64,000 nucleotides of DNA from Octopus vulgaris (lineage: Eukaryota): positions 5,394,001-5,458,000 of the forward strand of contig OX597825.1 in assembly GCA_951406725.2 (NCBI GenBank), in the 5' to 3' direction. Numbering within the stretch: the stretch's first letter is position 1; each line of letters begins with the position of its first letter. The translations under genes were made by a program, and so were the position numbers. Positions 13,193-27,640 of this stretch are shown here, piece after piece. The notes below the pieces were generated by a model. It worked only from the letters and a program-made list of their open reading frames with translations. It was not told the DNA's origin and made no database searches.

Positions 13193-14159
13193 CTTCAATA
13201 AATGTCCTTTAGAAAAGTAAGAATCGGTTGTGTTGACATTTCAGGTGTGTTAAATCATTTTTTCTCCCAATTCAATTGTTTCTGTCTACCATCTGATCTT
13301 TTCCCACTGATTCCATTGACATACAATTCCTTTGAAGGGGAAAAAAATTTTGTCTGGAAGTCAATGTCTTTATTCTCAATGTATTCAACCATATACCGTG
13401 TGGATTGTCTGCTATAGACAAGCGCAGCGATGTTGGTGTGGGAACTAACAAGAGCTGTGTGCACGAAACCGCTTTCCGAAAGAGAGACATTGTGAATTAG
13501 ATCTACTCAATGCCAGTGAGGGAAACAACTATTACCACTGTTGCTGCTGCTGCTGCTGCAGCTGTTCTTCTTGTTGTTGTTGCAGATAATGCTCGCCGGT
13601 GGTGGGGTTGAGAGAGCCGTTGATTAACCCTCATCGGTAACTCACACTCGTTGCTGAGGGTGAAAGCTAACTCAACTTGTCAGTTCATCGATGATCTGGT
13701 TCTGTTTCGCTTGCTTGGCTCTCCCTTGTCAGTCATTAGATAAGTGCTTCTTCATGGCAAAGAGTAGTTCTGACTCTTATTTCTAGCAATGCTGGTGGCT
13801 GACTACCACCCTTAGTCCCCTTAGTGACGTCTATATTTGCACCTTTTAGTTGTAAATTGCAAATACGCCACCTTAATAATGTGTGTGTGTACGCAATAGA
13901 GGACATTAAAACATTCGGACAGATAGACGGGTCATTCGTGGCTTTCTTTCCTAAATTCCAGATGTCATATATATATATATAAAGGGCATGAACGTATTTC
14001 GTCTACGTCCAAGGGCTTGCTCGGTTTTATTATGCATAGCTCTGTATAAGTTGCATCTAAGCTTAGCATTTATAGTGTGACATTAGTAATTAATTGGCGA
14101 ATAAGGGAAAACTAATTTCATGGCCATACTTTTTTCTTTCTTTCTCTTTTTTTGTATGT

Positions 14160-14795
14160 GCATACATACAAGCATACATACATACATGCATACATACATA
14201 CATACATACATACAAAGATACATGCATATATACATATATACATTTATGCATACATACCTACATACATAATGCATGTATACATACATACGTACACACATAC
14301 ATGCATACATACATACATACATGCATGCATACATACATACATAAATACATGTATGCTTGTGAATCTGTATATACATACCTACATAAATACATATATACAT
14401 GTATGTATGTGAATATGTATATACATACATACATGCATACATACATACGTACATACATACGTACACACATACGTACATACATGCATACATACATATATAC
14501 ATACATACATATATACATACATACACACACATACATACATACATACATGCATGCTTACATACATACATGCATACATACATACATACACACATACATACAT
14601 ACGTACATACACACATACATACATACATACACACATACATACATACATGCATCCATACATGCATACATACATACACACATACATACATACACACATACAT
14701 ACACACACACATACATACATGCATACATACACACATACATACATACATACATACATACATACATACATACATACATACATACATACATACATACA

Positions 14796-14829
<34 letters not shown>

Positions 14830-14843
14830 CATACATACATACA
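14160..14843. repeat. Degenerate (CATA)n tract
   Basis: Directly visible. Confidence 0.95.
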
Positions 14844-15153
14844 CAGAGCACAGTTGTTTGAATTATACCTTACCAAGGTTGTATAAAACTGCGGTTAGTT
14901 TGTTGTGCAGTCGGCAACAGATTGTCTTTAGAATTCCATTAGAAACTCTGCATGTGCATTTGTGTTCTCGAGTGACCTACATACTGAGTGCACTTCATAA
15001 CATGCAGCAGAAAGGCTTTTACATATCTCTGCTCTTATGTTTATTTATGTAGCTCTATATACTTACAAAATCAATTCGTACGAACACGTTGACACACACT
15101 CAAACTCACAAAAATCTATCCTGAAATACATATAAACATACGTATGTACATAT

Positions 15154-15229
<76 letters not shown>

Positions 15230-15304
15230 CATGTACATACAAACATGTACGTATGTTTTATTATTTTTTAATCATTTATATATACGACGAGCTTCTTTCA
15301 GTTT

Positions 15305-15883
15305 CCTATTTCTATTTTTCTAATGCCCACAAGGTGCTAAACATAGGGGGGATAAACAAGTACAGACAAAGGGATCGAGTCGATTAGATTGACCCCAGTG
15401 CATAACTGGTACTTAATTTATCGACCCCGAAAGGATGAAAGGCAAAGTCAACCTCGGCGGAATTTGAACTCAGGACGTAAAGACAGACGAAATACCTATT
15501 TCATTACTACCCACAACGGGCTAAACACAGAGAGGACGAACAAGAACAGACAAACGGACTAAGTCGATTATATCGACCCAAGTGTGTAACTGATACTTAA
15601 TTTATCGACCCCGAAAGGATAAAAGGCAAAGTCGACCTCGACGGAGTTTAAACTCAGAACGTAACGACAGACGAAATACAGCTACGCATTTCGCCCGGCG
15701 TGCTAACATTTATGCCAGCTCGCCACCTTCTTTCCGTTTCCGTTATACCAAATTCACTCACAAGGCTTTCTTTGGCCCGGGTCTATGGCAGAAAACACTT
15801 GGCAAAAGTGTCATGCAATGAAACTGAACCAAATACCACATTGTTGAGAAGCAAAATTTTTACCACACAGCCACGCCTGCGCT
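15305..15883 (-). mobile_element. SINE A multimer (15305-15726) inserted in the 5' part of a SINE B (15286-15304 and 15727-15883)
   Basis: SINE B sequence acgacgagcttctttcagtttcc precedes the SINE A block and cttctttccgtttccg resumes after it. Confidence 0.8.
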
Positions 15884-16033
15884 TCTATTTTTTCTTTGTT
15901 CTCTCATGACAAATTTCAAAAAGGTTTTGAACAAAGTGGAGGATAGTATGTAACCATGTCTCACACCTACGTTTATTTATCAACTGACCAACAATGATCA
16001 GTGTACATTCCCAAATGCTATATAACGCTTTTA

Positions 16034-16108
16034 TTACCATATTTTCCGGTATGTAAGTCGAATTCTAAAATCAAATTATACGGCTGAACACAGGTCGACT
16101 TATACACC
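16034..16108 (+). mobile_element. pogo/Tc1-type MITE end
   Basis: taccatattttccggtatgtaagtcga...ggtcgacttatacacc resembles TA-flanked CCGTATTTTCC termini with an internal inverted taagtcga/tcgactta. Confidence 0.45.
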
Positions 16109-16536
16109 AAGACATCTGAGAACCAAAACTTTTCATACGAACTGCTGCAAGACTTGCAACGCTAGGAGCTCAACACTATATTCTTTTATTCTTTTACTTG
16201 TTTTAGTTATTTGACTGCGGCCATGCTGGTGCACGCCTTGATAGGTTTAGTCATACACATCGACACCAGAATTTATTTTTGGAAGCCTAACAATTATTCT
16301 ATCGGTATTTTGTTTGTTTTTTTATAAAAATGTTATCAGATTCAAAAAGATGGTTAATTTTTTTCAGTTTTCAACGTTTATTAATTTTTCATTTTTTTGT
16401 TTTATTTTATTGAGGGTTAAACAATTCTTTTAGTTGAGGGAGATGACCAAAAGTGCCGATATTTCTCGTAAAACGGGGGAGACAACCCAGTTTTTTAATG
16501 GAGGTGAGATAGCCAAAAAGTACAACTTATCTACAC

Positions 16537-16871
16537 CAGTGGTCTTTATCCGTGGACCATGTGACCCTTGTGGGCCTATATAAGATTTTCGTGATCCACA
16601 CAGGCAAAAGATGCACAATAGTATTTTAGGGATATCTGAAAAAAAAATGACTTGAGATGTATATATTGTAAGAAAAAGCTAGATTTCGTTCTCTAAAGTT
16701 TTACATAGTTCAGACTTTATAAGTTGATGTGTGAAAAACAAAATAAGAGTTTTGAAAAGAAGTCTCTATAAAATTCGTCTAAAAACATCCAATGGTTAGG
16801 GTGGGGGTCCACTGGAACAAAATAGTAATGAACGGGGTCCGTAGATAATAAAAAATAGTTGAGAACTACTG
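16537..16871. mobile_element. hAT (Charlie-like) MITE
   Basis: Termini cagtggtctttatc / gttgagaactactg (CAGTGGTTCTCAAC type); 8-bp flanks atctacac and gtcttcac (6/8 identical) fit a decayed TSD. Confidence 0.7.
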
Positions 16872-17013
16872 GTCTTCACTAATTATTAGCCGCATTAAAA
16901 TCATACAATTAAACCACTCCTACCACAGTCAAGGAGCGAATCTATAGGAAACAGAATATGTCTTTAGCAACTCGAAAAATAAGCGAAAATAAGAAAAAAG
17001 AAAAAAACAAGAA

Positions 17014-17230
<217 letters not shown>

Positions 17231-17307
17231 TTGAAAATGACTGGACATGATGCCCGCCCACTCAAAATACATTTAAAACATATATTGTCTTGTAAACACT
17301 CACACAC

Positions 17308-17368
<61 letters not shown>

Positions 17369-17472
17369 TATACATGTATATATGTGTGTATATATGTGTA
17401 TGTATAAATAGATATATAGAGACGTCATATATACATATACGCATCTATATGTATAGCATGCTCATGTAGGCG

Positions 17473-17518
<46 letters not shown>

Positions 17519-18095
17519 CACAAACACAGAAGCATACACACAACCAGAAACATGCGCTCGCACGCGAGCTCTTAAATATATCACTCCTCTTTTTCTCTCA
17601 CTTGCACTTCCTCCTTATTCCCGTCCAACACCGACCACCAATTAAAACCTGATTACAAGGTAACCAGCAGACAATCAGGGTGTGTGTGTGCAGTTTAGCA
17701 TGTAAATATTATGGGATGATCACAAAGAGGGGTAGAATGGATATCAGATTGAATAGAAACGGGTGGCAATCGTACATGAAAAGGGTGGGAGTGGCTGCTA
17801 GGTAAAAAGAAATTGCTAAATATATCTTCATAGCAAAATTACAGAATAAGATTCTATATACGGATTTATGTATAACAAGAAAATAAATACATATAAACAT
17901 TCATTCGTCCACACACACGCCAACACAATATATATGAATTGCATGTATGTGCTAATACGATGTGTGTATAAAGACGTTATGTATATATGCGTGCGCGTGT
18001 GTCTGTGTGTTTTCATAGCTATGTGCATACATTTGAATACACGCACATGTATGAATATATATATACGTGTGTGTGTGTATACACACACACATACT

Positions 18096-18172
<77 letters not shown>

Positions 18173-18247
18173 GAAATGTATATGTATATGTATTTATTTG
18201 CAAATACATATGTATGTATATAATATATAGATATAAGTGTATGTATG

Positions 18248-18306
<59 letters not shown>

Positions 18307-18929
18307 TGATATCTATATATATGAGTGTGTATATATATATATATATATATAAATTCATACATATATACACATACATACATGCATACGTAAATACATACAT
18401 ATATGTAAAGGAACGTGCACCCACACGTGTTCCTATGATGCGTACACTTACACCCCCGTCCATACATAATGACTACCTCTTGCTGGAAGCAGCTGTCCAC
18501 CTATGTCTGTACCACTCATTACAACATACAATAAACATTGATACATTTGTTCAAACGCAGAGGTCTTTCTTAGTATCCTTTTCAATTTTTATTGGCTTTC
18601 TTCCCTTCTTCTTTCTAGTCCCTTCACACGAAACACGCCCACTTTTTTTTTATGTGGGGTTCCTTCACCGTTTGAATTCCAACGTCAGCAAGAAATGATG
18701 GCGAAGGAAGTTAGAAGACTTTACTCAACGAACTTATCTTTCTCTTTTTCTCTTTTACGTGTTCTTGTCATTGAACTGCGGCCTTGCCTCGACATTGTCT
18801 TGAAGGGTTTTAGATGAATAAGTCGACCCTGGTATTTATTTTTCAGTTTAAAAATTTCGTACTTATTCTGTCAGACCCTTTTATAAACCCCTTACTTAAA
18901 ACAGGATGGTAAACACAAACATCGAAACA

Positions 18930-18996
<67 letters not shown>

Positions 18997-19055
18997 TTAA
19001 ATCCTTAAAAATGTTTTAACCCGAAGGCCGCGGCCATGCTGGGGCACCACCAATA

Positions 19056-19092
<37 letters not shown>

Positions 19093-20437
19093 GGAACACT
19101 CTGTCATATATATATACATGCATGCATATATATATATACACACACATATACATACATGCACCTATATATATATATATATATTTATATAATTACTTGTGTG
19201 AATACGTTACTATTTTCTTGCACAGCTTATCAATATAACGTGATTTTAAAAAATTGCTTTATTTCTTCTTTAAATATAAATTTTAAGTTTGAGTCAACGA
19301 AGGAGAGTTAGAACTAGATGAAATCTCCAGTTTAAATGCACAAGTCTCCGATATCCAAGAGGCTAAAAAGTGTCAGCTGAAGGGCAGCGAGGAGTCGTGA
19401 GCTGAATGCATCCCAGACCCCTTAAAGTGTGAGAAGTTAAAGGCCGTAAGACTTGAAAAACTTGCTTGAGTTTTTTTTTCTTCTGAAGACCTTCTGCCCT
19501 TCAGCTCTGTTGAGAGTTTCTTATCCCCATTATGTATGTATGTATGTATGTATGTATGTATGTATGTATGTATGTATGTATGTATGTATGTATGCATGTA
19601 TGTATGTATACCTTAAGGTGATTTCAATAAGTTGATTGACGTTTGGGTCACGGCTCAGTCAAGATGGATACATTAGTGTTCTTGAGAGCTGTGAGTTTCA
19701 CAATAATGTTTCAGAAAGTACCTATGACCCTTTCCATTCCATTGTGTATGATGTGATAAATATCTGTTCAGATATTCAGTGCTTTGTTCCGTTTATTCAT
19801 TTGTCCACATTTTGTAGAAGAATCACGAAATATCTGTAAGATTACGGAGTAATTGATAACACTGGCGAACTAATTTAAAAAGAGATATTTGGTGTCTCAA
19901 ATTTTAGACCTCACTCTTGATATATCCATGACACTGAATAAGAATATGGCCTTCATTTATTTCTAGCAGCTCTAGTTTTTGAGATAATGAACTTATCAAT
20001 AAATGTACGAATCGAAAATCGTGTAAAAAATAGAGAAATAGATTTACCGCCTTTCTCGGAATAAAAGGATTGATTTATTATTATTATTATTTTTATTTTA
20101 TTTATTTTTTTTTTTTTTTGTAACGATGATCACGGTCCGCTGATGAAAGTGGGTATATGAATATAGGCACTAAGTGATTCATGAATAGTTTGAAACAAAG
20201 CTTACAAGGGGTTTCCACACAACAGCAGCAAAAATTGGTAAATTCCAGTTTGTCAATAAACTAAGGTTATTGAGCAGCAGGAAATAATTGCACTTGTCCT
20301 ACGGAAGGTATCATAACAAAATCAACAATCGCTAAATCAATGTTAATCTTAAGATGCTGAATTTTTTCCTGGGTCAGCAGGGTGGATACGTCAAGTGTCT
20401 GTCTATGAGATTTCAAAGCGAAGAATTTTAGAAGGAA

Positions 20438-20629
20438 GAATTTTACGGGACAGGGATACATGCTCTCATTCGAAGGTGGAACATTGCTATTGAGAGAAAC
20501 GGTGACTATGCTGGGAAGTAGAGATGTGATCCACAAAGGACCAGCTTCCTTTCGATGTATGATACATGTTCCTGTGTTGGTAATTATACCTGTCCTAATC
20601 AAAATGGCTTTACTTTTTGACTCACCCTC

Positions 20630-20632
<3 letters not shown>
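20438..20632 (+). mobile_element. Mariner transposase C-terminus plus right TIR
   Basis: Translates [27 protein letters not shown]; ends ttactttttgactcaccctcgTA (rc TACGAGGGTGAGTCAAAAAG, mariner-type TIR). Confidence 0.85.
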
Positions 20633-20685
<53 letters not shown>

Positions 20686-21039
20686 ATATATATATGTATG
20701 TATGTATATGTATGTAAATATATATGTATGTGTGGGTGCGTGTATATATATATATATATGTATATATATAAGTATATGTAAATATGTAAGTATATGCATA
20801 TATATTATGTATATATGAATGTATATATATATATATATATGTAAATATATATGTATATATATATATATATATATGAATATATGTATATATATGTATATAT
20901 ATGCATGTATGTATATATATATATGTAAGTATATATGTGTGCGTATATATATGCATATATATATATATGTATATATATACATGTATATAGCTATGCATAT
21001 ATATACACATGTATGAATATATGCATGTATATATATACG

Positions 21040-21539
<500 letters not shown>

Positions 21540-21886
21540 TTATATATATATATAGTAGACTTTATAAACTTCGAGAGAAAATGAAATTAATCTTTTTGGA
21601 AACGTTTGATCTCAAAGTAGATAATCTATAAATAATAGCCTGTAAATATTGGGCTAAACGACCCTTTGAATGGAAAAAAGTCGAAGGCCGCCTGCGGGTT
21701 TTTAACCTAATATGTACACCAGTTGTTATTCATAGGTTATCAGGAGCCAACGTTCTCAAAATAGAATCACGCGCACACACATATGTATATACATGTGCAT
21801 GTGTGCGCGTGTGTGCGTATGTGTGTGCGTGTGTGTTTGTGCCTGCGTGCGTGCGTGCGCGCGCGTGTGTGTGTTTGTGTGCATTT

Positions 21887-21959
<73 letters not shown>

Positions 21960-22036
21960 TGTATATATAGAGAGAAACAAAATCTGAAAATATTCTGAGG
22001 CTGAACTCTAAGCATTTTTACCAACCTGTTAACGAC

Positions 22037-22433
22037 AGCTAAACATAGAGGGAACAAACAAGGACAGACAAACGGATTAAGTCGATTAGATCTATCCCCG
22101 TACGCAACTGGTACTTAATTTATCGACCCCGAAAGGATGAAAGGCAAATCGACCTCTGTGGAATTTGAACTTAGAACGTAGCGGCAACGAAAAACCTATT
22201 TCATTACTAACCACAAGGGGCTAAACACAAAGGGGACAAACAAGGACAGACAAACGGATTAAGTCGATTGCATCGACACCAGTGCGTAACTGGTACTTAT
22301 TTAATCGACCCCGAAAGGATGAAAGGCAAAGGCAAAGTCAACCTCGGCAGAATTTGAACTCAGAACGTAACAGCAGACGAAATACCGCTAAACATATCGG
22401 CCGGCGTGCTAACGTTTCTGCCAGCTCGCCGCC
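22037..22433 (-). mobile_element. SINE family A dimer
   Basis: Two monomers joined at rc of ...gaaataggt; head ends gctcgccgcc at 22433. Confidence 0.9.
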
Positions 22434-22453
22434 TTAACAACAGCAACAACAGC

Positions 22454-22513
<60 letters not shown>

Positions 22514-22526
22514 AAGAAGAATTATG

Positions 22527-22590
<64 letters not shown>

Positions 22591-22591
<1 letters not shown>

Positions 22592-24040
22592 TTACAAATA
22601 CTTAGGAATTCATGAACTAGATAAGACACAACACACACAAATGAAAGAGAAAATAAAAAAAGAATGTTATAGACGAGTTAGAACAATACTAAAAACAGAG
22701 CTCAATGCTAAAAACAAGATAATAGGTATTAACACTTTAGCTGTCCCAGTTATAAGTTACAGCTACAATATCCTTAACTGGACACTAAATGAACTGACAA
22801 AAATAGATAGGAAAACAAGAAAAATAATGACAGGATCTAGGATGCATCACCCAAAATCTGACATAGAAAGATTATATATACAACGTATAGAAGGTGGTAG
22901 AGGCCTTATACAGCTGGAAAACTACTATAAAATAACCACCATAGGACTGCAAAAATATCTACTTCTGAAGGAAGGAAAACTGATACAAATAGCGGCAAAA
23001 CACGAGCAAAACAAAAAAAATTGTTCTCAGTATTTAAGGAAGCTGACAAATACAAACAAGAAATCATAACACCTAACAAATATGAAGAAGAAGAAGAAAA
23101 AAATGAAGAAACAACAAAAGCTATAAAACAAATGAAATCCAAACTAAAACTAGAACAGCAAAGAACCATGATAAAACGATGGCAAAAAAAGCCCCTTCAT
23201 GGTAAATACTGGACTAAACTAAATGCAAAAGAAATAGACAAAGAAAAATCCCAGCAATGGTTGAGAAGCTCAGGACTCAATGCAGAGACAGAGGGATTTT
23301 TAATTGCAGCACAAGACCAAAGTCTCCCCACTAGAAATTACCAAAAACATGTAATGAAAAGAAATATAACAAGTAACTGCAGAATATTTGGAGATGGACA
23401 AGAAACAATAAATCATATTATCTCTGGCTACCCAGTCCTGGCTAAGAAGAAATATATTCACAGACATGACAGAGTTGGGACCTACATACACTGGAATCTA
23501 TGCTAACATTATGGAATAACAACAGAAAAAAGATGGTATAGGCACACACCAGAAAAGGTCACAGAAAACGAGAAAGCAACCATACTCTGGGATATGCCGA
23601 TACACACAGATAGAGAAATTAAGGCCAACAGACCAGATATAGTTGTCAGAGATCATGAAGAAAAAAATGCTTTCTAATTGATGTATCAATACCGGCAAAT
23701 GACAACGTGTCTCTAAAAGAAATGGAGAAGCTTTCAAAATACAAAGACCTGGAAATGGAGGTAACCAGAATGTGGAATCTAAAGACAGAAACAATTCCTA
23801 TCATAGTAGGTGCATTAGGCATGATAAAAAAATATTCAGACAAATACATAACAAAAACACCAGGACTTACAAACACATATAACATACAGAAAATTGCACT
23901 ATTAGGCACTGCACACATCCTACGCAGAACACTTTCCATACAATAACCATCAGAGCATCACAACAAATCACAGCACATACCTAAGGCACACAGAGCTGCA
24001 CTCGGTAGTGAAGTGAAAGCACGTTATAAAAATAAAACTA

Positions 24041-24043
<3 letters not shown>
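22591..24043 (+). mobile_element. 5'-truncated R4/Dong-clade non-LTR retrotransposon (RT C-terminus, CCHC knuckle, restriction-like endonuclease), pseudogenised
   Basis: YKYLGI; HPKSDIERLYIQRIEGGRGL; ETEGFLIAAQDQSLPTRNY; CRIFGDGQETINHIISGY; RHDRV; WDMPIHTDREIKANRPDIVV...LIDVSIP...KEMEKLSKYKDL; QKIALLGTAHILRR. Frameshifts at ~23020 and ~23668, stop at 23504; (TAA)n on both sides. Confidence 0.93.
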
Positions 24044-24121
<78 letters not shown>

Positions 24122-24122
<1 letters not shown>

Positions 24123-24398
24123 GAATGATCCCTGGCTTACCATACCTGCAAGAAGTGCAAAAGATTGTCTTAACTGGTACATCACACGTATTGAGAAGAG
24201 CATTGTCGATGTGAGAACTGCTGTTGCTCATGTATTTTAATTTAACTTTAAAAAAAAAATTTTTTTAATTTTTTAAATGAACGAACTATTGAGTTTGGTT
24301 TAATGGCCTACCAATGTATACTATGAGTTTCTTTGCCCTAGGAGTCAGGAAGACACTCGGCAAGAAATGGAAGCAAATTTGAAAGAAGAAAAAAAAAG
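24122..24398 (+). mobile_element. Second, divergent Dong/R4-like 3' end (last ~30 codons plus 3'UTR)
   Basis: MIPGLPYLQEVQKIVLTGTSHVLRRALSM* (24125-24214) aligns with KTPGLTNTYNIQKIALLGTAHILRRTLSIQ*; flanked by (TAA)n. Confidence 0.8.
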
Positions 24399-24417
24399 TA
24401 ATAATAATAATAATAAT

Positions 24418-24471
<54 letters not shown>

Positions 24472-24696
24472 AATGATACTAGACAGAGAAGAGAAAGCAA
24501 CGGCGGTAGAGTGTCATATGCAACAGTAGATTTTCGAGTTGCCGGACATGTGAGATCTCCTTCACGAGTATAAAAGTCGACCTTTGCAGTGAGCGAGAGA
24601 AGACGTCACAGATGGCATCCTTAATTAGATTGTCATTAGCAACTGAGAGAAAGCTAGTTTGCCTTCCATGTTTACATACACATAAATATATGTATA

Positions 24697-24735
<39 letters not shown>

Positions 24736-24953
24736 ACACTCACTCATTCCCACATACAAGGTTTAAAGAGATCCTTCTTCAGCGTCTTCACGCATTCTTT
24801 CTAAGCTTTGTGCTTTCCTTTCAATTTGATTGCCATCATCCTCTCACTCCCATCTCTCACTCCCATCTCTCACTCTGTCACCCCCTCTCTCTCTAGCTGA
24901 AATCCCCTCTCTCTCTCGGTTATCTCTTCCTGTCCCTCTTAGTCATGATTTGC

Positions 24954-24959
<6 letters not shown>

Positions 24960-24996
<37 letters not shown>

Positions 24997-25572
24997 ATAT
25001 ATACACACACATACATACTTACATACATACATACATACACACATACATACATACATACACACATACATACATACATACATACATACATACATACACACAT
25101 ACATACATACATACATACATACATACATACATACATACATACATACACACATACATACATACATACATACATACACACATACATACACACATACATACAC
25201 ACATACATACATACATACATACACACATACATACACACACATACACACACAAATACATACACACACATACACACACATGCATACACACACATACATACAT
25301 ACACACATACATACTATACATACATACATACACACATACATACATACACACATACATACATACACACATACATACACACATACATACACACATACATACA
25401 CACATACATACATACACACATACATACATACACACATACATACACACATACATACATACATACACACACATACATACACACATGCATGCATACATACACA
25501 CATACATACACACATACATACATACATACATACACACATACATACATACACATGCATGCATACATACACACA
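24960..25572. repeat. (TA)n plus long (CATA/CA)n tract
   Basis: Directly visible. Confidence 0.95.
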
Positions 25573-25663
25573 TTTATCCATTATCATCGTTTCAGCCTCT
25601 CCGGCGATATTTTCTGTTCTTGCTGTTTTTCTCTTTCTTTTCTAAACGACATATTCATTTATA

Positions 25664-25694
<31 letters not shown>

Positions 25695-25747
25695 CCCCCC
25701 CCACACACTCTAAACGAGAAAAAAGAGAGAACAAGAAAAAGGAAGAC

Positions 25748-25784
<37 letters not shown>

Positions 25785-25894
25785 GAGAAATACAGAAATA
25801 CTTCTTTCCGTTTCATATGTAGAATGGCAAAGGGATAAACACTGGAATTCCTGTGTGGAAGCGCGGGGTCCATTGAATTACCTCAGTGTTACTC

Positions 25895-26110
25895 TGTGTG
25901 TGTGTATGTACACCACCACTATGATCCATCACCACCGCTTGTCAACCGGTGTAGGTTTGTTTACGTGTCTTTGTAACCTAGTGGTTCGGCAAAGCAGACC
26001 GATAGAATAAGTTCCAAACTTTAAAAATAAAATAGTAGCAGGAGTCGCGTGCTTGATTTGTTAGATTAAGAATGTTTTGAAAGCAATGCTCCAGCATGGC
26101 CGCAGTCCAT
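25895..26110 (+). mobile_element. SINE family B, 3' half (diverged)
   Basis: cgcttgtcaaccggtg...ggttcggcaaag..gaccgatagaataag...gctccagcatggccgcagtc. Confidence 0.75.
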
Positions 26111-26209
26111 TAAAAAGAATTTGGTAGAGGAGAAATGAACTCCTTAGTTTAAACTAATCTTATTGGTAACTGGTGGCGTGATATGTGGCCAATAGTAAAG
26201 AAAAGAGAA

Positions 26210-26368
26210 AAAAATCCCCTTCGGTCATGAATGACCATGGGATTGCATCTAGAATGTTACCCCCCACCCCGAAGCACAAGTCTGGGCAAGGTTGTTTGTG
26301 TAAGGCCAGCAGTCCTCCATGAATACCAGCCTCCCCTCTCCACATCACCGATGTTATCCAAGAGAAAA
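26210..26368 (-). mobile_element. 3' portion of CORE-type SINE family C (or of its partner LINE tail)
   Basis: rc of accagcctcccctctccacatcaccgatgttatccaag matches 30882-30945. Confidence 0.65.
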
Positions 26369-26461
26369 GTGTCCAATAAGGTTCGAAAATCAATTATGGT
26401 TGTTCATCTTTTCTTTCACCTTACGGAGAAATAGCTAAATTAGATGCTATACAGCTTACAT

Positions 26462-26533
<72 letters not shown>

Positions 26534-26535
<2 letters not shown>

Positions 26536-26740
26536 TAATCTAAACAAGAAAACAAAAACAAAAAAACAACAACACAAGGACGTGGAACAAATAAAGTATT
26601 ATTGGACGCTCAGGAAAGAAGGGAAGAAGGAGGGTTTGACGTTTCGAGCGGAGCTCTTCGTCGGAAACATAGGAGAAGGAAAGATCCCGAGAAGGGAAGA
26701 CAGGGGAAAAAATCGCTAGTGATACAGACGAGGTCACATA
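26534..26740 (-). mobile_element. pLTR-like element family HB with hammerhead-like motif at 26634-26668
   Basis: rc gttt CCGACGA a gagc tcc gctc GAAA cg TC aaac (GUC site). Confidence 0.75.
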
Positions 26741-27222
26741 CTAAAATACCCATATATATATATATATATATATGCAATTGTTAATTTAATATATAAATTG
26801 CTTATTTCCATGTTGACTACCGGATAATCATCATTAACGTGATTTCTATCAAATACAGTTATAATTGATACCGAACAAATGGGTTAAAAACCCTCTGGAG
26901 AGAGGAATAGTCGAAGACTGCCCATCAAGTCAACAATATGCCGGGGTCCACCATGGTTGCGGCATAATGACTGAAAGAAGTAACTTTTTCCACCTCCGGA
27001 GAAACAGCTAAATTAGCCCCATTTATAAAAGTACTATACTGGTTCATATATCATACGTTGACACTATGTGGACTAAGATCCCATTGGTTGGTTCTTGATA
27101 TTTAAAATAAAGTGATAACACAGTATGTAAATTAGTATCCCCACATTTCTGTAACATGTGTAACTGTTGTATATATTAACAGATTGACTGCTTGTTTCTC
27201 TGGAATTTGTTAACTTTATGTC

Positions 27223-27274
27223 GATCACCACTGACGAGAGTCCAATAAGATTCGAAAATCAATTATGGTTGTTC
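27223..27274 (+). ncRNA. Minimal type-I hammerhead ribozyme (family HA)
   Basis: gatcacca CTGACGA gagtc caataa gattc GAAA atcaat TA tggttgttc: stem I acca/tggt, 5-bp stem II, near-palindromic stem III. Confidence 0.75.
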
Positions 27275-27285
27275 ATCATTATAGA

Positions 27286-27316
<31 letters not shown>

Positions 27317-27361
27317 GCAGGCAGGCAGGCAGACAGACAGACAGACAGACAGACAGGCATG

Positions 27362-27471
<110 letters not shown>

Positions 27472-27472
27472 T

Positions 27473-27640
27473 GCGATGGGCTTCCACACGACTTCCATCT
27501 ACTAAATTCACACACAAGACACTGATCGGCCCGGGGCTATACCAGAAGACACTTGTCCAAGGAGCCGAATCGAGTGAGATTGAACCCGAAAACAACGTGG
27601 TGATAAAGCGAGTTTCTTAATCCACACAACCATTCTTGCA
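27473..27640 (-). mobile_element. SINE family B, 5' half (diverged)
   Basis: gggcttccac...ggcccggggctat..agaagacacttgtccaagg. Confidence 0.65.

Noticed and set aside
19293-19400. Possible terminal exon VNEGELELDEISSLNAQVSDIQEAKKCQLKGSEES*
   Set aside because: In-frame stop immediately upstream, weak acceptor and no recognisable homology
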